A stretch of 64,000 nucleotides of DNA from an uncultured Gemmatimonadaceae bacterium (GTDB lineage: Bacteria; Gemmatimonadota; Gemmatimonadetes; Gemmatimonadales; Gemmatimonadaceae). Made by a program: the position numbers and the translations under genes. Positions within the stretch are counted from its first letter, which is position 1, and each line of letters opens with the position of its first letter. The DNA lies in the NCBI GenBank assembly GCA_963781585.1, contig CAWAGQ010000004.1:192001-256000 (forward strand), given 5' to 3'. The notes below the pieces were generated by a model, which saw only the letters and a program-made list of their open reading frames with translations, ran no database searches and had not been told where the DNA came from. This document shows, one piece after another, positions 19,679 to 29,542 of this stretch.

Positions 19679-22431
19679 AGCGTTGCGACCTTCGCGGCGA
19701 GCTGCTGCCGGCGGGTGCTCCACTCGGTCTCGCGGCGGCGCTCGGCGTCGACGACGTCGGGCTTCGCTCTCGACACGAAGGTCGGGTTCTCGAGGCGGGC
19801 GCGCAGCGCGGCCAGCCGCTGATCGAGCGCTTCCAACTCACTGCCGAGCCGCGAGCACTCCTTGTCGATGTCGATCGCACCCGCGAGCGGCAAGACCACT
19901 TCGGTGCCGTCGACGAGGACGGCGTGCGCGGCGGGCCCGGTGGGCGCATCTGCAGCCAGCGTTGCGGTGCACCGGGTGAGCCGGCCGATGAGGCCGGCCT
20001 CGGCGGCGACCGCGGCCTGTGCGTCCTCACCAGGAACGATGACGAGCGGAAGGGTGGTGGCAGGCGGGATCGCGTAGTCGCCGCGAAGCTGCCTGGTGGC
20101 GGTCACGATCTCCCGCACGAGATCGAAGGAGCTGGTCTCGCCCGGCACGTCCCGCGGTCGCGGCCACGGCGCAGAGGCGAGGAAGTCCTGTTCGGTGATT
20201 CCCGGAAGCCGTTGCCACAGGGTCTCGGTAACGAACGGGACGATTGGTTGCAGGAGGCGAAGCGCCTGGTCGAAGGCGTACACCAGCACCGCGCGCGCCA
20301 CGTCACCGTCGTCGGTGCTGGCGAGGCGGCCGCCCTTGACCGACTCGAGGTACCAGTCGGCGAGCTCGTTCCACACGAATGCGCGCGCCGCCTCGGTGTA
20401 TTCGTTGAGTCGCAGGCCGGCCGTCCGCTCCCGGGCGGTCCAGCCGCCGGCGGTGGGGCGCGCGGGCCCGAGGGCGGCGTCGCAGGCTGCCACCGCCGCG
20501 TTCACCCGACCGAGGATCCAGCGATCGGCGCTGGTGAGCCGTCCGGGCGCGATGGCGTCCAGGTCGGTGACCGGTGCGGTGCCGACATGGGTGAGCAGGT
20601 AGCGGCCGATGTTCCACAGCTTGGTAACGAAGTTCCGTCCCGGGGCGAACGACCGATCGAGGTCGCCGGGGTCGAGAATCGTATCGGCGCCGAGTCCCAT
20701 GCCGGCGATGACGGTGTAGCGCAGGGCGTCGGCGCCGTAGAGCGACACCACGTCCAGCGGGTCGATCCCGTTGCCTAACGATTTGGACATCTTCACGTGC
20801 GACGTGTCGCGCACCGTGCCGTGCAGGTACACGGTATGAAATGGCGCCTCGCCCAGGAAGGCGAAGCCGTTCATGATCATCCGCGCGACCCAGAAGAACA
20901 GGATTTCGGGCGCGGTGATGAGGGCGTCGGTGGGATAGAAGGCGCGCAGGTCGGGCGTCTCATCGGGCCAGCCGAGGGTGGAGAATGGCCACAACCCGGA
21001 GGAGAACCAGGTGTCGAGCACATCCTCGTCCTGGCGCACCGGGCCGGAACACGCCGGACACCGGGTGAGATCATCGCGACTGGCGGTGACCTTGCCGCAC
21101 CCGTCGCAATACCAGACCGGGATGCGGTGTCCCCACCAGAGCTGCCGCGAGATGTTCCAGTCGCGGATGTTCTCCAGCCAGTTCACGTATACGGCCTCCC
21201 AGCGCTCGGGCAGGATTCGCACTCCGCCGTCGCGCACCGCCTGCAGCGCGGGCTCGGCGAGCGGTCGCATGCGCACGAACCACTGCTCCGAGAGACGCGG
21301 CTCCACCACCGTGTCGCACCGGTAGCAGCGCCGCAGCGCCACCCGGTACCGCTCCTGCTTCACCAGCAGCCCCTCAGCGTCGAGCATCCGCACGATCTGC
21401 TTGCGGGCCTCGAAACGATCGAGGCCGCGAAGCTCGTCGGGCACGCGTCCACCGGCATCCATCACCTCGCGCATCGCGCCGTGCTCGTCGATCACCACCG
21501 GCATCGCCAGCTGATGCCGCTGCGCCACCTCGAAATCGTTGGCGTCATGCGCCGGCGTGATCTTCACCACGCCGGTCCCGAAGGCCGGATCGGTGAATTC
21601 GTCGGCGATCACCGGGATCTCGATCCTGGCGATGGGCAACGTGACGGTGCGTCCCACCAGATCGGCATAGCGTTCGTCGGCCGGATGCACGGCCACCGCC
21701 ACGTCGCCCAGCATGGTTTCGGGCCGGGTGGTGGCCACCACCAGGCGCGGCTCGGTCGACCCTCGTGGCGCCGCCGTGAGTGGGTAGGCGATGTGATACA
21801 GGGTGCCGTCCGTCTCGTGGTGCTCGGCCTCTTCGTCGGACAGCGACGTAAGGCACCGTGGGCACCAGTGAATGACCCGGTGCCCCCGATAGATGAGGCC
21901 CCGTTCGTACAGGCGCACAAACGCCTCGCGAACGGCGCGCGAGAGCTGTGGTGACAGTGTGTACGCGGTGCGCGTCCAGTCGGCCGACGATCCGATCGCA
22001 CGCAACTGCTCGAGGATCGTGCCGCCAGTCTCGGCCACGAACCCCTCCGTCCGCTTCACGAAGGCCGCCCGGCCGATGTCGTGGCGCGACACTCCCTCCT
22101 GCACCAGCAGCTTCTCCACCACATTCTGCGTGGCGATGCCCGCGTGGTCGGTTCCGGGAACCCACAGGGTCTCGTCGCCGCACATGCGGCGCCACCGGAT
22201 GATGACGTCCTGGACCGTGTTGTTCAGCCCGTGCCCCATGTGCAGGACCGCGGTGACGTTCGGCGGAGGCATCACGATCACGAACGCGTCCCGGTCGCCG
22301 CCGGAGCGGCGCGACCGGGAGGCGTTCGCCGTGAAGAGGCCGGCCGCCATCCAGCGCGCGTAGAGCGGACGCTCGACGGCGGCCGCATCGTACTGCGGGG
22401 GAAGGTCGGTCAGGAGAGGCGTCGCGGACAC
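19666..22431 (-). CDS. valS: Valine--tRNA ligase
   Basis: PPPNVT..LHMGH, DHAGIATQ, ISRQLWWGH, DVLDTWFSS, KMSKS. Confidence 0.97.
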   Translation of the reverse strand: MSATPLLTDLPPQYDAAAVERPLYARWMAAGLFTANASRSRRSGGDRDAFVIVMPPPNVTAVLHMGHGLNNTVQDVIIRWRRMCGDETLWVPGTDHAGIATQNVVEKLLVQEGVSRHDIGRAAFVKRTEGFVAETGGTILEQLRAIGSSADWTRTAYTLSPQLSRAVREAFVRLYERGLIYRGHRVIHWCPRCLTSLSDEEAEHHETDGTLYHIAYPLTAAPRGSTEPRLVVATTRPETMLGDVAVAVHPADERYADLVGRTVTLPIARIEIPVIADEFTDPAFGTGVVKITPAHDANDFEVAQRHQLAMPVVIDEHGAMREVMDAGGRVPDELRGLDRFEARKQIVRMLDAEGLLVKQERYRVALRRCYRCDTVVEPRLSEQWFVRMRPLAEPALQAVRDGGVRILPERWEAVYVNWLENIRDWNISRQLWWGHRIPVWYCDGCGKVTASRDDLTRCPACSGPVRQDEDVLDTWFSSGLWPFSTLGWPDETPDLRAFYPTDALITAPEILFFWVARMIMNGFAFLGEAPFHTVYLHGTVRDTSHVKMSKSLGNGIDPLDVVSLYGADALRYTVIAGMGLGADTILDPGDLDRSFAPGRNFVTKLWNIGRYLLTHVGTAPVTDLDAIAPGRLTSADRWILGRVNAAVAACDAALGPARPTAGGWTARERTAGLRLNEYTEAARAFVWNELADWYLESVKGGRLASTDDGDVARAVLVYAFDQALRLLQPIVPFVTETLWQRLPGITEQDFLASAPWPRPRDVPGETSSFDLVREIVTATRQLRGDYAIPPATTLPLVIVPGEDAQAAVAAEAGLIGRLTRCTATLAADAPTGPAAHAVLVDGTEVVLPLAGAIDIDKECSRLGSELEALDQRLAALRARLENPTFVSRAKPDVVDAERRRETEWSTRRQQLAAKVATLCGG

Positions 22432-22608
22432 AGGGGAGAAAGATAGAGGCTGGCCGCCACTGGCACGGCACCCGACACCAGCGGTGCCGGGTGCCCGTCT
22501 ATGGTCTTCACCGGCAGCCGCCGGGAGGACAGAAACGACCGCGCTGGACTGCGCCGCAACGATCACGTCCGCCCGGGCAGCGGGTGATCGGGAAGACGCG
22601 CCGGGGCA

Positions 22609-23277
22609 TTACGGCGCAGCGGGGGGCGGCGAACCCTCCTCGTTTTCATCATCTCGCGGCACGCTCGCCGTATCGACGCTGCCGGATCCGCGCACCGTCA
22701 CACGGTTCAGAACCATCGTAACGCCGGGGGTGTGCCGCGCGACCGACGCGGCGTGGTCCGCTTCTTCGATGGCGTGGACGGACCCGGTCAGCTCCACGAC
22801 ACCGCGGCCCACGGCACCGATGGATACGCCGCGCTCGCGAAGTACGGGATCGTGCTCGAAGGCGGAGAGGACGGCCCGTTCGAGCGCGCGCTCCTCACGC
22901 CGATCGACCGGCGCCGGAGCGGCCGGCACCTGGTCTGCCGAGTCGGTGAGCTCCTGCACATCGTCATCGCTGACCAGCGCGGGCATGGCGTCCGCTCCCG
23001 CGTGCCGCGATGCCGTGTCGTCTTCCTCGTCCAGCAGGTCGTCGCTCTCGTCGGCATCCAGCACATCCGCTTCCTCCTCGTCGAGCTCGTCCGCCGTGGC
23101 GTCCCAGTACTCGCGCAGCCTGGCCAGTCCGCCGCGCAGGGCATCAACCACTTCGGCGCGCGTGCGGTACCGCCGCGCGAGGTACGCACCGGCAGCCCCG
23201 CCGCTGATCGCTCCCGCGACGAAGAAGAACAGCGCGCGACCTTCCGCCTCCTCTCGCTCATATGTGGTTCGGCGCAT
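22609..23277 (-). CDS. BON-domain protein with N-terminal TM helix and acidic linker
   Basis: TM FFFVAGAISGGAAGAYL, D/E-rich tract, GVVELTG.V.....A..VA...PGV..V.N. Confidence 0.8.
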   Translation of the reverse strand: MRRTTYEREEAEGRALFFFVAGAISGGAAGAYLARRYRTRAEVVDALRGGLARLREYWDATADELDEEEADVLDADESDDLLDEEDDTASRHAGADAMPALVSDDDVQELTDSADQVPAAPAPVDRREERALERAVLSAFEHDPVLRERGVSIGAVGRGVVELTGSVHAIEEADHAASVARHTPGVTMVLNRVTVRGSGSVDTASVPRDDENEEGSPPPAAP

Positions 23278-23324
23278 CGGTGGTCCTGTGGCGTGAGGTA
23301 TAGTCCTAGGATAATTTGGCCTTC

Positions 23325-23477
23325 GTGAATTTGCGAACCGACGAGGAAATCGGCCGACCGGCGCGCGCCGGGACGTATCTCGTGTGGGCCGTCGTGGCCC
23401 TCGCGATCGTGGCGGGCGTGGCGCTGGCATTCGAGCTGGGACCCCGGATGACTCCGCTGCTCGACACGCTTCGCTGA
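23325..23477 (+). CDS. Small 50-aa single-pass membrane protein (absent from the ORF track)
   Basis: GTG 23325 to TGA 23477, MNLRTDEEIGRPARAGTYLVWAVVALAIVAGVALAFELGPRMTPLLDTLR; ends 3 nt before the thrS ATG. Confidence 0.6.
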   Translation: MNLRTDEEIGRPARAGTYLVWAVVALAIVAGVALAFELGPRMTPLLDTLR

Positions 23478-23480
23478 TCG

Positions 23481-25445
23481 ATGACCGGGGCCACGTCGGG
23501 CGGCAACGGGGACGACCTGCTGCGCCTGGAGCTTCCGGACGGTTCGGTCCGCCAGGTGAAGCCAGGGACGCCGGCCCGCGACGTGGTAGCCTCGATCGGA
23601 CCGCGCCTGCTGCGGGACGCGATCGCGGTGAAGCTGGGCGACGAGATCCAGGATCTCGTGACGCCGCTGCGGCGCAGCGGTCCGTTCCGGGTTCTCACGC
23701 AAAAGGACGGGGAGTCGTTGACCGTCCTCCGGCACTCGGGCGCGCACGTGCTCGCCACCGCCGTGCGGCGGTTGCGTCCCGACGCCCGGATCGGCTTCGG
23801 CCCCGCCATCGCCGACGGGTTCTACTACGACTTCGAGGTGGAGTCGCCGTTCACGCCGGAGGATCTTCAGGCGTTCGAGGCCGAGATGGCGAAGGTGGCC
23901 GGCCAGAAACTTCCCTTCGTGCGCGAAGAAGTCAGCCGTGCGGAGGCGTTGCGGCGCTTCGCCGATGACCCGCTCAAGCTCGAGCGCATCGCCGATCTGG
24001 GTGCGGACGAAGTGATCAGCGTGTACACCGACGGTTCGTTCGTCGATCTCTGCCGCGGCCCGCACGTTCCGGACACCTCGTACCTGAAGCACTTCAAGCT
24101 CCTGCACACGGCGGCCGCCTACTGGCGGGGTGACGAACGACGGCAGCAACTGCAGCGGATCTACGCCACGGCGTGGTGGTCGAAGGATGAACTGGAGCAG
24201 TACCTCCATCGGATCGAGGAGGCGAAGCGTCGCGATCACCGCGTGCTGGGCAAGGCACTCGATCTCTTCCAGTTTCACGCCGTGTCGCCGGGCGCGCCGT
24301 TCTGGACGGAGCGGGGAACGACGATCTACAACCTGCTGGTGGACTATTTGCGGGAGTTGCAGCGCGACGCGTTTCAGGAGGTGAAGACGCCGCTCCTGTA
24401 CCACAAGGCGCTCTGGGAGCAGTCGGGTCACTGGGGCAAGTACCAGGAGAACATGTTCCTGGTGCTCAACACGGAGTCCGGCGAGCACGATACGGGCGTG
24501 AAGCCCATGAACTGTCCATCGCACTATCTGCTGTATCTGGCCAGGAAGCACTCGTACCGCGAACTGCCGCTGCGGCTGGTCACGTTCGACGTGTTGCATC
24601 GCAACGAGGTGACGGGGGCGCTGTCGGGGCTGACGCGGGTACGGCAGTTCCAGCAGGATGACTGCCACGTATTTCTGATGGAATCGCAGATCGCCACCGA
24701 AGTGCGGTTTCTGCTCGAGTTCATTCTTGGCTACTATCGGACGTTCGGCCTGCAGGCGAGTCTGCGGTTCGCGACCCGTCCCGAGACGCGGATTGGCGAC
24801 GACGCCCTCTGGGATCGGGCCGAGGCGGGGCTCAAGGCCGCGCTGGACGCGACCGGAATGGCGTATGCGTTCAAGGCCGGGGACGGTGCGTTCTATGGCC
24901 CCAAGATCGATTTCGACGCGACCGACTCGTTAGGTCGCGCGTGGCAACTGGGCACCATCCAGCTCGACTACAACGCGCCCGAGCGGTTCGACCTCCAGTT
25001 CGTGGGCGAGGACAACACGCTCCACCGGCCGGTGGTGATCCATCGGGCGGTGAGCGGCTCGATGGAGCGGTTCATCGCGATCCTGATCGAGCATTTTGCC
25101 GGTGCCTTTCCGGTCTGGCTGGCGCCCGAGCAGGTGCGGGTGATGCCCATTACCGACGACCTGGCGGGTCACGCCCGCGCGGTCACCGCCCGGCTGCGGG
25201 CGGCGGGGGTACGCGCGCACTGCGACGACCGGAACGACACGTTGAACTACCGCATTCGAGAAGGGGAAATGATGAAGGTCCCCTACATGGCGGTGGTCGG
25301 CAAGCGCGAAGCCGAGAGCGGCACCATCGCGGTGCGCGTGCGCGGCGCAGGGAGGAAGCAGGAGATCGTGACCGTGGAGGCTTTTCTGGCGCGTCTCGCC
25401 GACGAGATCCGGACGCGCGCGCTGGCTCCGGCGCCGGCATCCTGA
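23481..25445 (+). CDS. thrS: Threonine--tRNA ligase
   Basis: TGS domain, RHSGAH, DLCRGPH, KPMNCP.H, GAFYGPKID, IHRA. Confidence 0.97.
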   Translation: MTGATSGGNGDDLLRLELPDGSVRQVKPGTPARDVVASIGPRLLRDAIAVKLGDEIQDLVTPLRRSGPFRVLTQKDGESLTVLRHSGAHVLATAVRRLRPDARIGFGPAIADGFYYDFEVESPFTPEDLQAFEAEMAKVAGQKLPFVREEVSRAEALRRFADDPLKLERIADLGADEVISVYTDGSFVDLCRGPHVPDTSYLKHFKLLHTAAAYWRGDERRQQLQRIYATAWWSKDELEQYLHRIEEAKRRDHRVLGKALDLFQFHAVSPGAPFWTERGTTIYNLLVDYLRELQRDAFQEVKTPLLYHKALWEQSGHWGKYQENMFLVLNTESGEHDTGVKPMNCPSHYLLYLARKHSYRELPLRLVTFDVLHRNEVTGALSGLTRVRQFQQDDCHVFLMESQIATEVRFLLEFILGYYRTFGLQASLRFATRPETRIGDDALWDRAEAGLKAALDATGMAYAFKAGDGAFYGPKIDFDATDSLGRAWQLGTIQLDYNAPERFDLQFVGEDNTLHRPVVIHRAVSGSMERFIAILIEHFAGAFPVWLAPEQVRVMPITDDLAGHARAVTARLRAAGVRAHCDDRNDTLNYRIREGEMMKVPYMAVVGKREAESGTIAVRVRGAGRKQEIVTVEAFLARLADEIRTRALAPAPAS

Positions 25446-25608
25446 TTTCTGCGCCATGGTCGCGGCCACGTCAGGCAGAGCTGGTGAATCCCGTCCTGCT
25501 GGTGGAAGGTCGAGGCGATCGCGGTCTTCCCGCCTCGCCAGGCCACGGTACACCTTTGACGCCCGCGCGCTGTCCAAGGGCCGTGACCCGTTCCCGATCC
25601 CATCACAC

Positions 25609-27555
25609 ATGACCGCCTTGCACCGGCGCCGCCCGCTCGCCCTGGCCGGCGCGCTCATCCTGGTGGGCGGCTGCATCCAGCCGCTGCGCCTGGCCAGGGA
25701 CGATTCGCCCGTTGTTCTGGCGCACCAGCTGCTGAACGCGCCGGATCCCAGCGCGCACGGCCAATACCGCGTTCGCACCCTGTACTACGGCAGCGGCACG
25801 GACAAACGTCGCCCCGAATACCGCGACTCGGTGACGCTGAAAACACACAGCGTGGACGGGAGCAAGCTCGCGGAAGCGCCGAGTCCGGCCGCCGGCAAGG
25901 ACCGCGCGAAGTACTGGGGGTTCGACTTCAAGAAAATGCCGGTGAACGGGAGAGTCTGGTATCCGGATGGGAACGGGCCGTTCCCGCTGGTGCTGATCGT
26001 GCACGGCAACCACAACATGAAGGACTACTCCGACCCGGGTTACGGGTACCTGGGCGAGCTGCTGGCGTCGCGCGGTTTCATCCTGGCGTCGGTGGACGAG
26101 AATTTTCTCAACGGCAATATCCGCGGAGAGAACGACGCACGCGGGTGGATGCTGCTCCAGCACCTCAAGGCATGGCGGGGGTTCAACGATTCCGCGACGT
26201 CTCCGCTCGCGGGGAAGATCGACATGCACCGGATCGCGCTCATGGGCCATTCGCGGGGCGGGGAAGCGATCGCCGTGGCCGGCGCGTTCAACCGGCTGAC
26301 GCACTACCCCGATGACGCGACGATCAAGTTCGATTTCGGATTCGACATCCAGTCGCTGGTGGCGATCGCGCCGGTCGACGGACAGTACCGGCCTTCCGAC
26401 AAGCCGACCCCGCTTGCCGACTACAACTACTTCCTGATCCACGGCTCGCACGACGGCGATGTGTCCACCTTCAGCGGCCTGACCCAGTACGAGCGCATCC
26501 GGTTCACCGACGGGCAGCCGCGCTTCAAGGCGGCGATCTGGGTGTACCGCGCCAACCACGGGCAGTGGAACACCGTGTGGGGAAACAAGGACAACGGACC
26601 ACGCAGCGGCCGGGTGCTCGATCTCCGCGGACTCCTGCCGCCGGAGGATCAGCGTCGCTTTGCCGAGGTGTACATCACGGCCTTTCTCGAGGCGACCCTG
26701 AACGGACGCCACGAGTACCTGCCCATGTTCCGCGACCACCGGGTGGTGGGGCATTGGCTGCCGAAGACGATGTACGTGACCCGGTTTCAGGAGAGCGGGT
26801 TTCACGCCGCGGCCGACTACGAAGAAGACATCGACGTCACCACCGGAAGCGCCCCCGGCATCGTACTGTCCGGGGACTCGCTTTCGACCTGGAAGGAGGC
26901 GGCGGTGCCGTTCCGGTCGCGGAACAGCAACATGGCGCACGACGCGGTGTGGCTCGGCTGGAACAACCACATTGCCGGCGATGACACCACCAGGATGGGG
27001 CGCCCCGCCTCATACGCGCTCACGTTAGGCGATTCGATCCGGAGTGCGTGGCAGGTCGGGACGCGCAGTGAGCTCGTGTTCTCGCTCCGGCCTACCGATG
27101 CCCGACCGGGTCCCCGGTCACCGGCTCGCGACTCGACGAAGAAGGACTCCGTCAAGGCCAAACCGGCCCCGAAGCGCGCTGCACCGCGCAAGCCAGCCGC
27201 CGCCGATTCCACGCCGTTCGATCTCAGCGTGGAAGTGGCCGACGCCGCCGGGCACGCGGCCCGCCTCCCGCTGAGCCGGTACGGCGCCGTGCGCCGTCCC
27301 CTCGACGCGTACGTGTACCTGCGAAGCGGTCGGGACAAGCAGCGATTCGCCAGTCTCGCCGAAATGGTCCTCCAGACCTACGTCATTCCACTGGCCGATT
27401 TCCACGAGGCCGATTCCGCACTCGACCTGAGCTCGGTGAAGACGGTCCGGTTCGTCTTCGATCGCACGCCGGTTGGAACCGTGGTCCTCGACAACGTGGG
27501 CTTCTCGAACATGAGTCCGGATTTCCTGCTCGCCGCAGACGGACGGCCCCAATGA
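25609..27555 (+). CDS. Alpha/beta-hydrolase (chlorophyllase-like) lipoprotein
   Basis: Lipobox LVGGC, PLVLIVHGNH, GHSRGG nucleophile elbow, HG..DGDV, ANHGQWN. Confidence 0.85.
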   Translation: MTALHRRRPLALAGALILVGGCIQPLRLARDDSPVVLAHQLLNAPDPSAHGQYRVRTLYYGSGTDKRRPEYRDSVTLKTHSVDGSKLAEAPSPAAGKDRAKYWGFDFKKMPVNGRVWYPDGNGPFPLVLIVHGNHNMKDYSDPGYGYLGELLASRGFILASVDENFLNGNIRGENDARGWMLLQHLKAWRGFNDSATSPLAGKIDMHRIALMGHSRGGEAIAVAGAFNRLTHYPDDATIKFDFGFDIQSLVAIAPVDGQYRPSDKPTPLADYNYFLIHGSHDGDVSTFSGLTQYERIRFTDGQPRFKAAIWVYRANHGQWNTVWGNKDNGPRSGRVLDLRGLLPPEDQRRFAEVYITAFLEATLNGRHEYLPMFRDHRVVGHWLPKTMYVTRFQESGFHAAADYEEDIDVTTGSAPGIVLSGDSLSTWKEAAVPFRSRNSNMAHDAVWLGWNNHIAGDDTTRMGRPASYALTLGDSIRSAWQVGTRSELVFSLRPTDARPGPRSPARDSTKKDSVKAKPAPKRAAPRKPAAADSTPFDLSVEVADAAGHAARLPLSRYGAVRRPLDAYVYLRSGRDKQRFASLAEMVLQTYVIPLADFHEADSALDLSSVKTVRFVFDRTPVGTVVLDNVGFSNMSPDFLLAADGRPQ

Positions 27556-28490
27556 GCCGCTTCGCGAGAGATGCGGTCCTCGCCGCCGGGCTGCTGGCCG
27601 TCTCCGCGGTAGCGGCGCGCGCCCAGCGCGACCGCTACGCGCCCATCGTGCTCCAGCTTCCAGCGTCGGCGCGCGCCACGGGTCTGGGCGGCGCGACCGT
27701 GGCCCTGCGGGATATCGAAAGCCTGTTCGCGAATCCCGCTCTGGCCGGCACCCTCACGGGGGTCGCGGTGTCGGGCGAACAGTTCCGGGCCAGCCGCCAG
27801 GGGACGATCGCCGCCAGCGTGTCGTTAGGCACCCTCGGGGTGTCGGTCGGCGCCCAGTTCTTCGACTTCGGGGTTTCGCAGGGTGCAGCCGACGGCTTCC
27901 CGACGGCGCGGCAGTGGCCCGCACCCAGTACCGTGATCGACGAGCGCGCGGCCGCGGCAGCCTCGAGTTTCTCCGGCGCCATCGCCCTCGCCGCGGCGTT
28001 CAAGGGCTACCGCTTCGGTCTTGCGGCGAAGTACATCGATGAGCGGCTCGGTGTGCGCCGCGCGGAAAGACCGGCGTTCGACCTCGGCATCGCTCGCGAT
28101 CGGGGGAGGGTGACAGTGGGCTTGAGCGTGCAGAACATCGGCCCCACCGTCGACTTCGCACCTCTGCGCAGTGCGCAGCTGCCGTTGCGCGCTACGCTGG
28201 GCATGGCGGCGTTCGGTCTCACCGAGGGCCCACTCGATCTCGGGCTTTCGGCGGCCGTCACGGTCCGACGTGACGGGTATGTCGCGCCCGCGGTGGGCAT
28301 GGAGTGGTCGTACTGGCCGCTCGAAGGGTACACCTTCGCGGTGCGCGCCGGCGTCCGCAGGCCGGAGCTGCGCGAACAACGGCCGCTGACGGCCGGCGCG
28401 TCATTCACGCTCGATCGGATCTCGGTGGACTACGCGTTCGAGCAGATGCGTCACGGCGCAGGACACCGGATCGGTCTGAGACTGCGCTAG
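27552..28490 (+). CDS. PorV/PorQ (FadL-like) outer-membrane barrel protein
   Basis: Signal peptide, LPASARATGLGGA, ANPA, DYAF..., HRIGL end; ATGA overlap with the hydrolase gene. Confidence 0.7.
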   Translation: MSRFARDAVLAAGLLAVSAVAARAQRDRYAPIVLQLPASARATGLGGATVALRDIESLFANPALAGTLTGVAVSGEQFRASRQGTIAASVSLGTLGVSVGAQFFDFGVSQGAADGFPTARQWPAPSTVIDERAAAAASSFSGAIALAAAFKGYRFGLAAKYIDERLGVRRAERPAFDLGIARDRGRVTVGLSVQNIGPTVDFAPLRSAQLPLRATLGMAAFGLTEGPLDLGLSAAVTVRRDGYVAPAVGMEWSYWPLEGYTFAVRAGVRRPELREQRPLTAGASFTLDRISVDYAFEQMRHGAGHRIGLRLR

Positions 28491-28805
28491 CGGCGCGACT
28501 CTCCGGCGCCGGGTTGATTCGACCGGGCCGGCCGGCCCCCACCGAAGATGTGACCTTCTTGCAGTTCGGTTTTTGTCGCCGCGCTGCAACGAATCAGCGA
28601 TCTGTCCGCGCCTCGCGCGACAGCTGCGCACCGGACCAGGGGCGCCCCTCTCCCCGCATCGCATCTGACTGTCGCGCAACGACTTCAGCATCAATTCCGA
28701 CAACAGGTCTGGAGATTGCGTTATTCCCCGCACAACTCGGGCGGTGGAGGGGTCGCCGGTGCGCCGGCGACCGCGGGTACGGGGTCACCTCGGACTCTCA
28801 CACTC

Positions 28806-29381
28806 ATGAAAACAAGGAAACTCTGGCGTTCACTGCGGGCCGTGCTGGCGATCGTCGGCATTGCCGGCTGCGCATCGGATCCGACGTCGCCTGCTCCTGT
28901 TTCCGGGGCTTCCCCGAATCTCGTGGGGGGACTGCTGGGAAGCCTGACGACTGTCAACGCACTCACGCGCATCACGCCGCTCAACAAGGACGTCTCCGTC
29001 TCGGCGGTGATCGGGAAGGCAGGCGGGACCATCCGGATCCCCGAAGCGGGCTTCACTCTTACCGTACCGAAGAACGCGGTGAAGTCGCCGACCACGTTCA
29101 CCGTCACCGCGGTGAAGGGAAAGCTGGTTGCGTACGAATTCGAGCCGCACGGAACGCAGTTCTCGCACAAGCCGGTTGCGGAGCAGGACCTCCGCGTCAC
29201 GAACTGGAACGGACGCCTGCTGCCGCTGCTCAAGGCGGCGTACTTTGCGGACCGGAGCCAGCTCGACCTGAAAAACCTCACGGCTGAGGTCTCGGAGATC
29301 ATCTCCGGGCTCCTCCAGCCGCTCACCGGGAAGTTCCGGTGGGACATTCCGCACTATTCAGGATACATCGTCTGCTGGTAG
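28806..29381 (+). CDS. Hypothetical lipoprotein with ZU5-like beta domain and C-terminal HYS motif
   Basis: Lipobox IAGC; IGKAGGTI.IPEAGFTLTVPKNAV; FEPHG.QF..PV; ends IPHYSGYIVCW. Confidence 0.75.
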   Translation: MKTRKLWRSLRAVLAIVGIAGCASDPTSPAPVSGASPNLVGGLLGSLTTVNALTRITPLNKDVSVSAVIGKAGGTIRIPEAGFTLTVPKNAVKSPTTFTVTAVKGKLVAYEFEPHGTQFSHKPVAEQDLRVTNWNGRLLPLLKAAYFADRSQLDLKNLTAEVSEIISGLLQPLTGKFRWDIPHYSGYIVCW

Positions 29382-29542
29382 GTTGCCGGACAGTCTCGAA
29401 CCCCACGCCCCGCTAAGCAGTGGGCCGTGAGGGCGCAGGGTGGGGAAGCGCGATCATGGCGTTTCCCCACCCTTGTTTGCCTGGGATGGAAACGGCTGAG
29501 CGGTCGCGCTCGTCGAGTTGGGAGGCTCGCGCCCCAGGCCAA

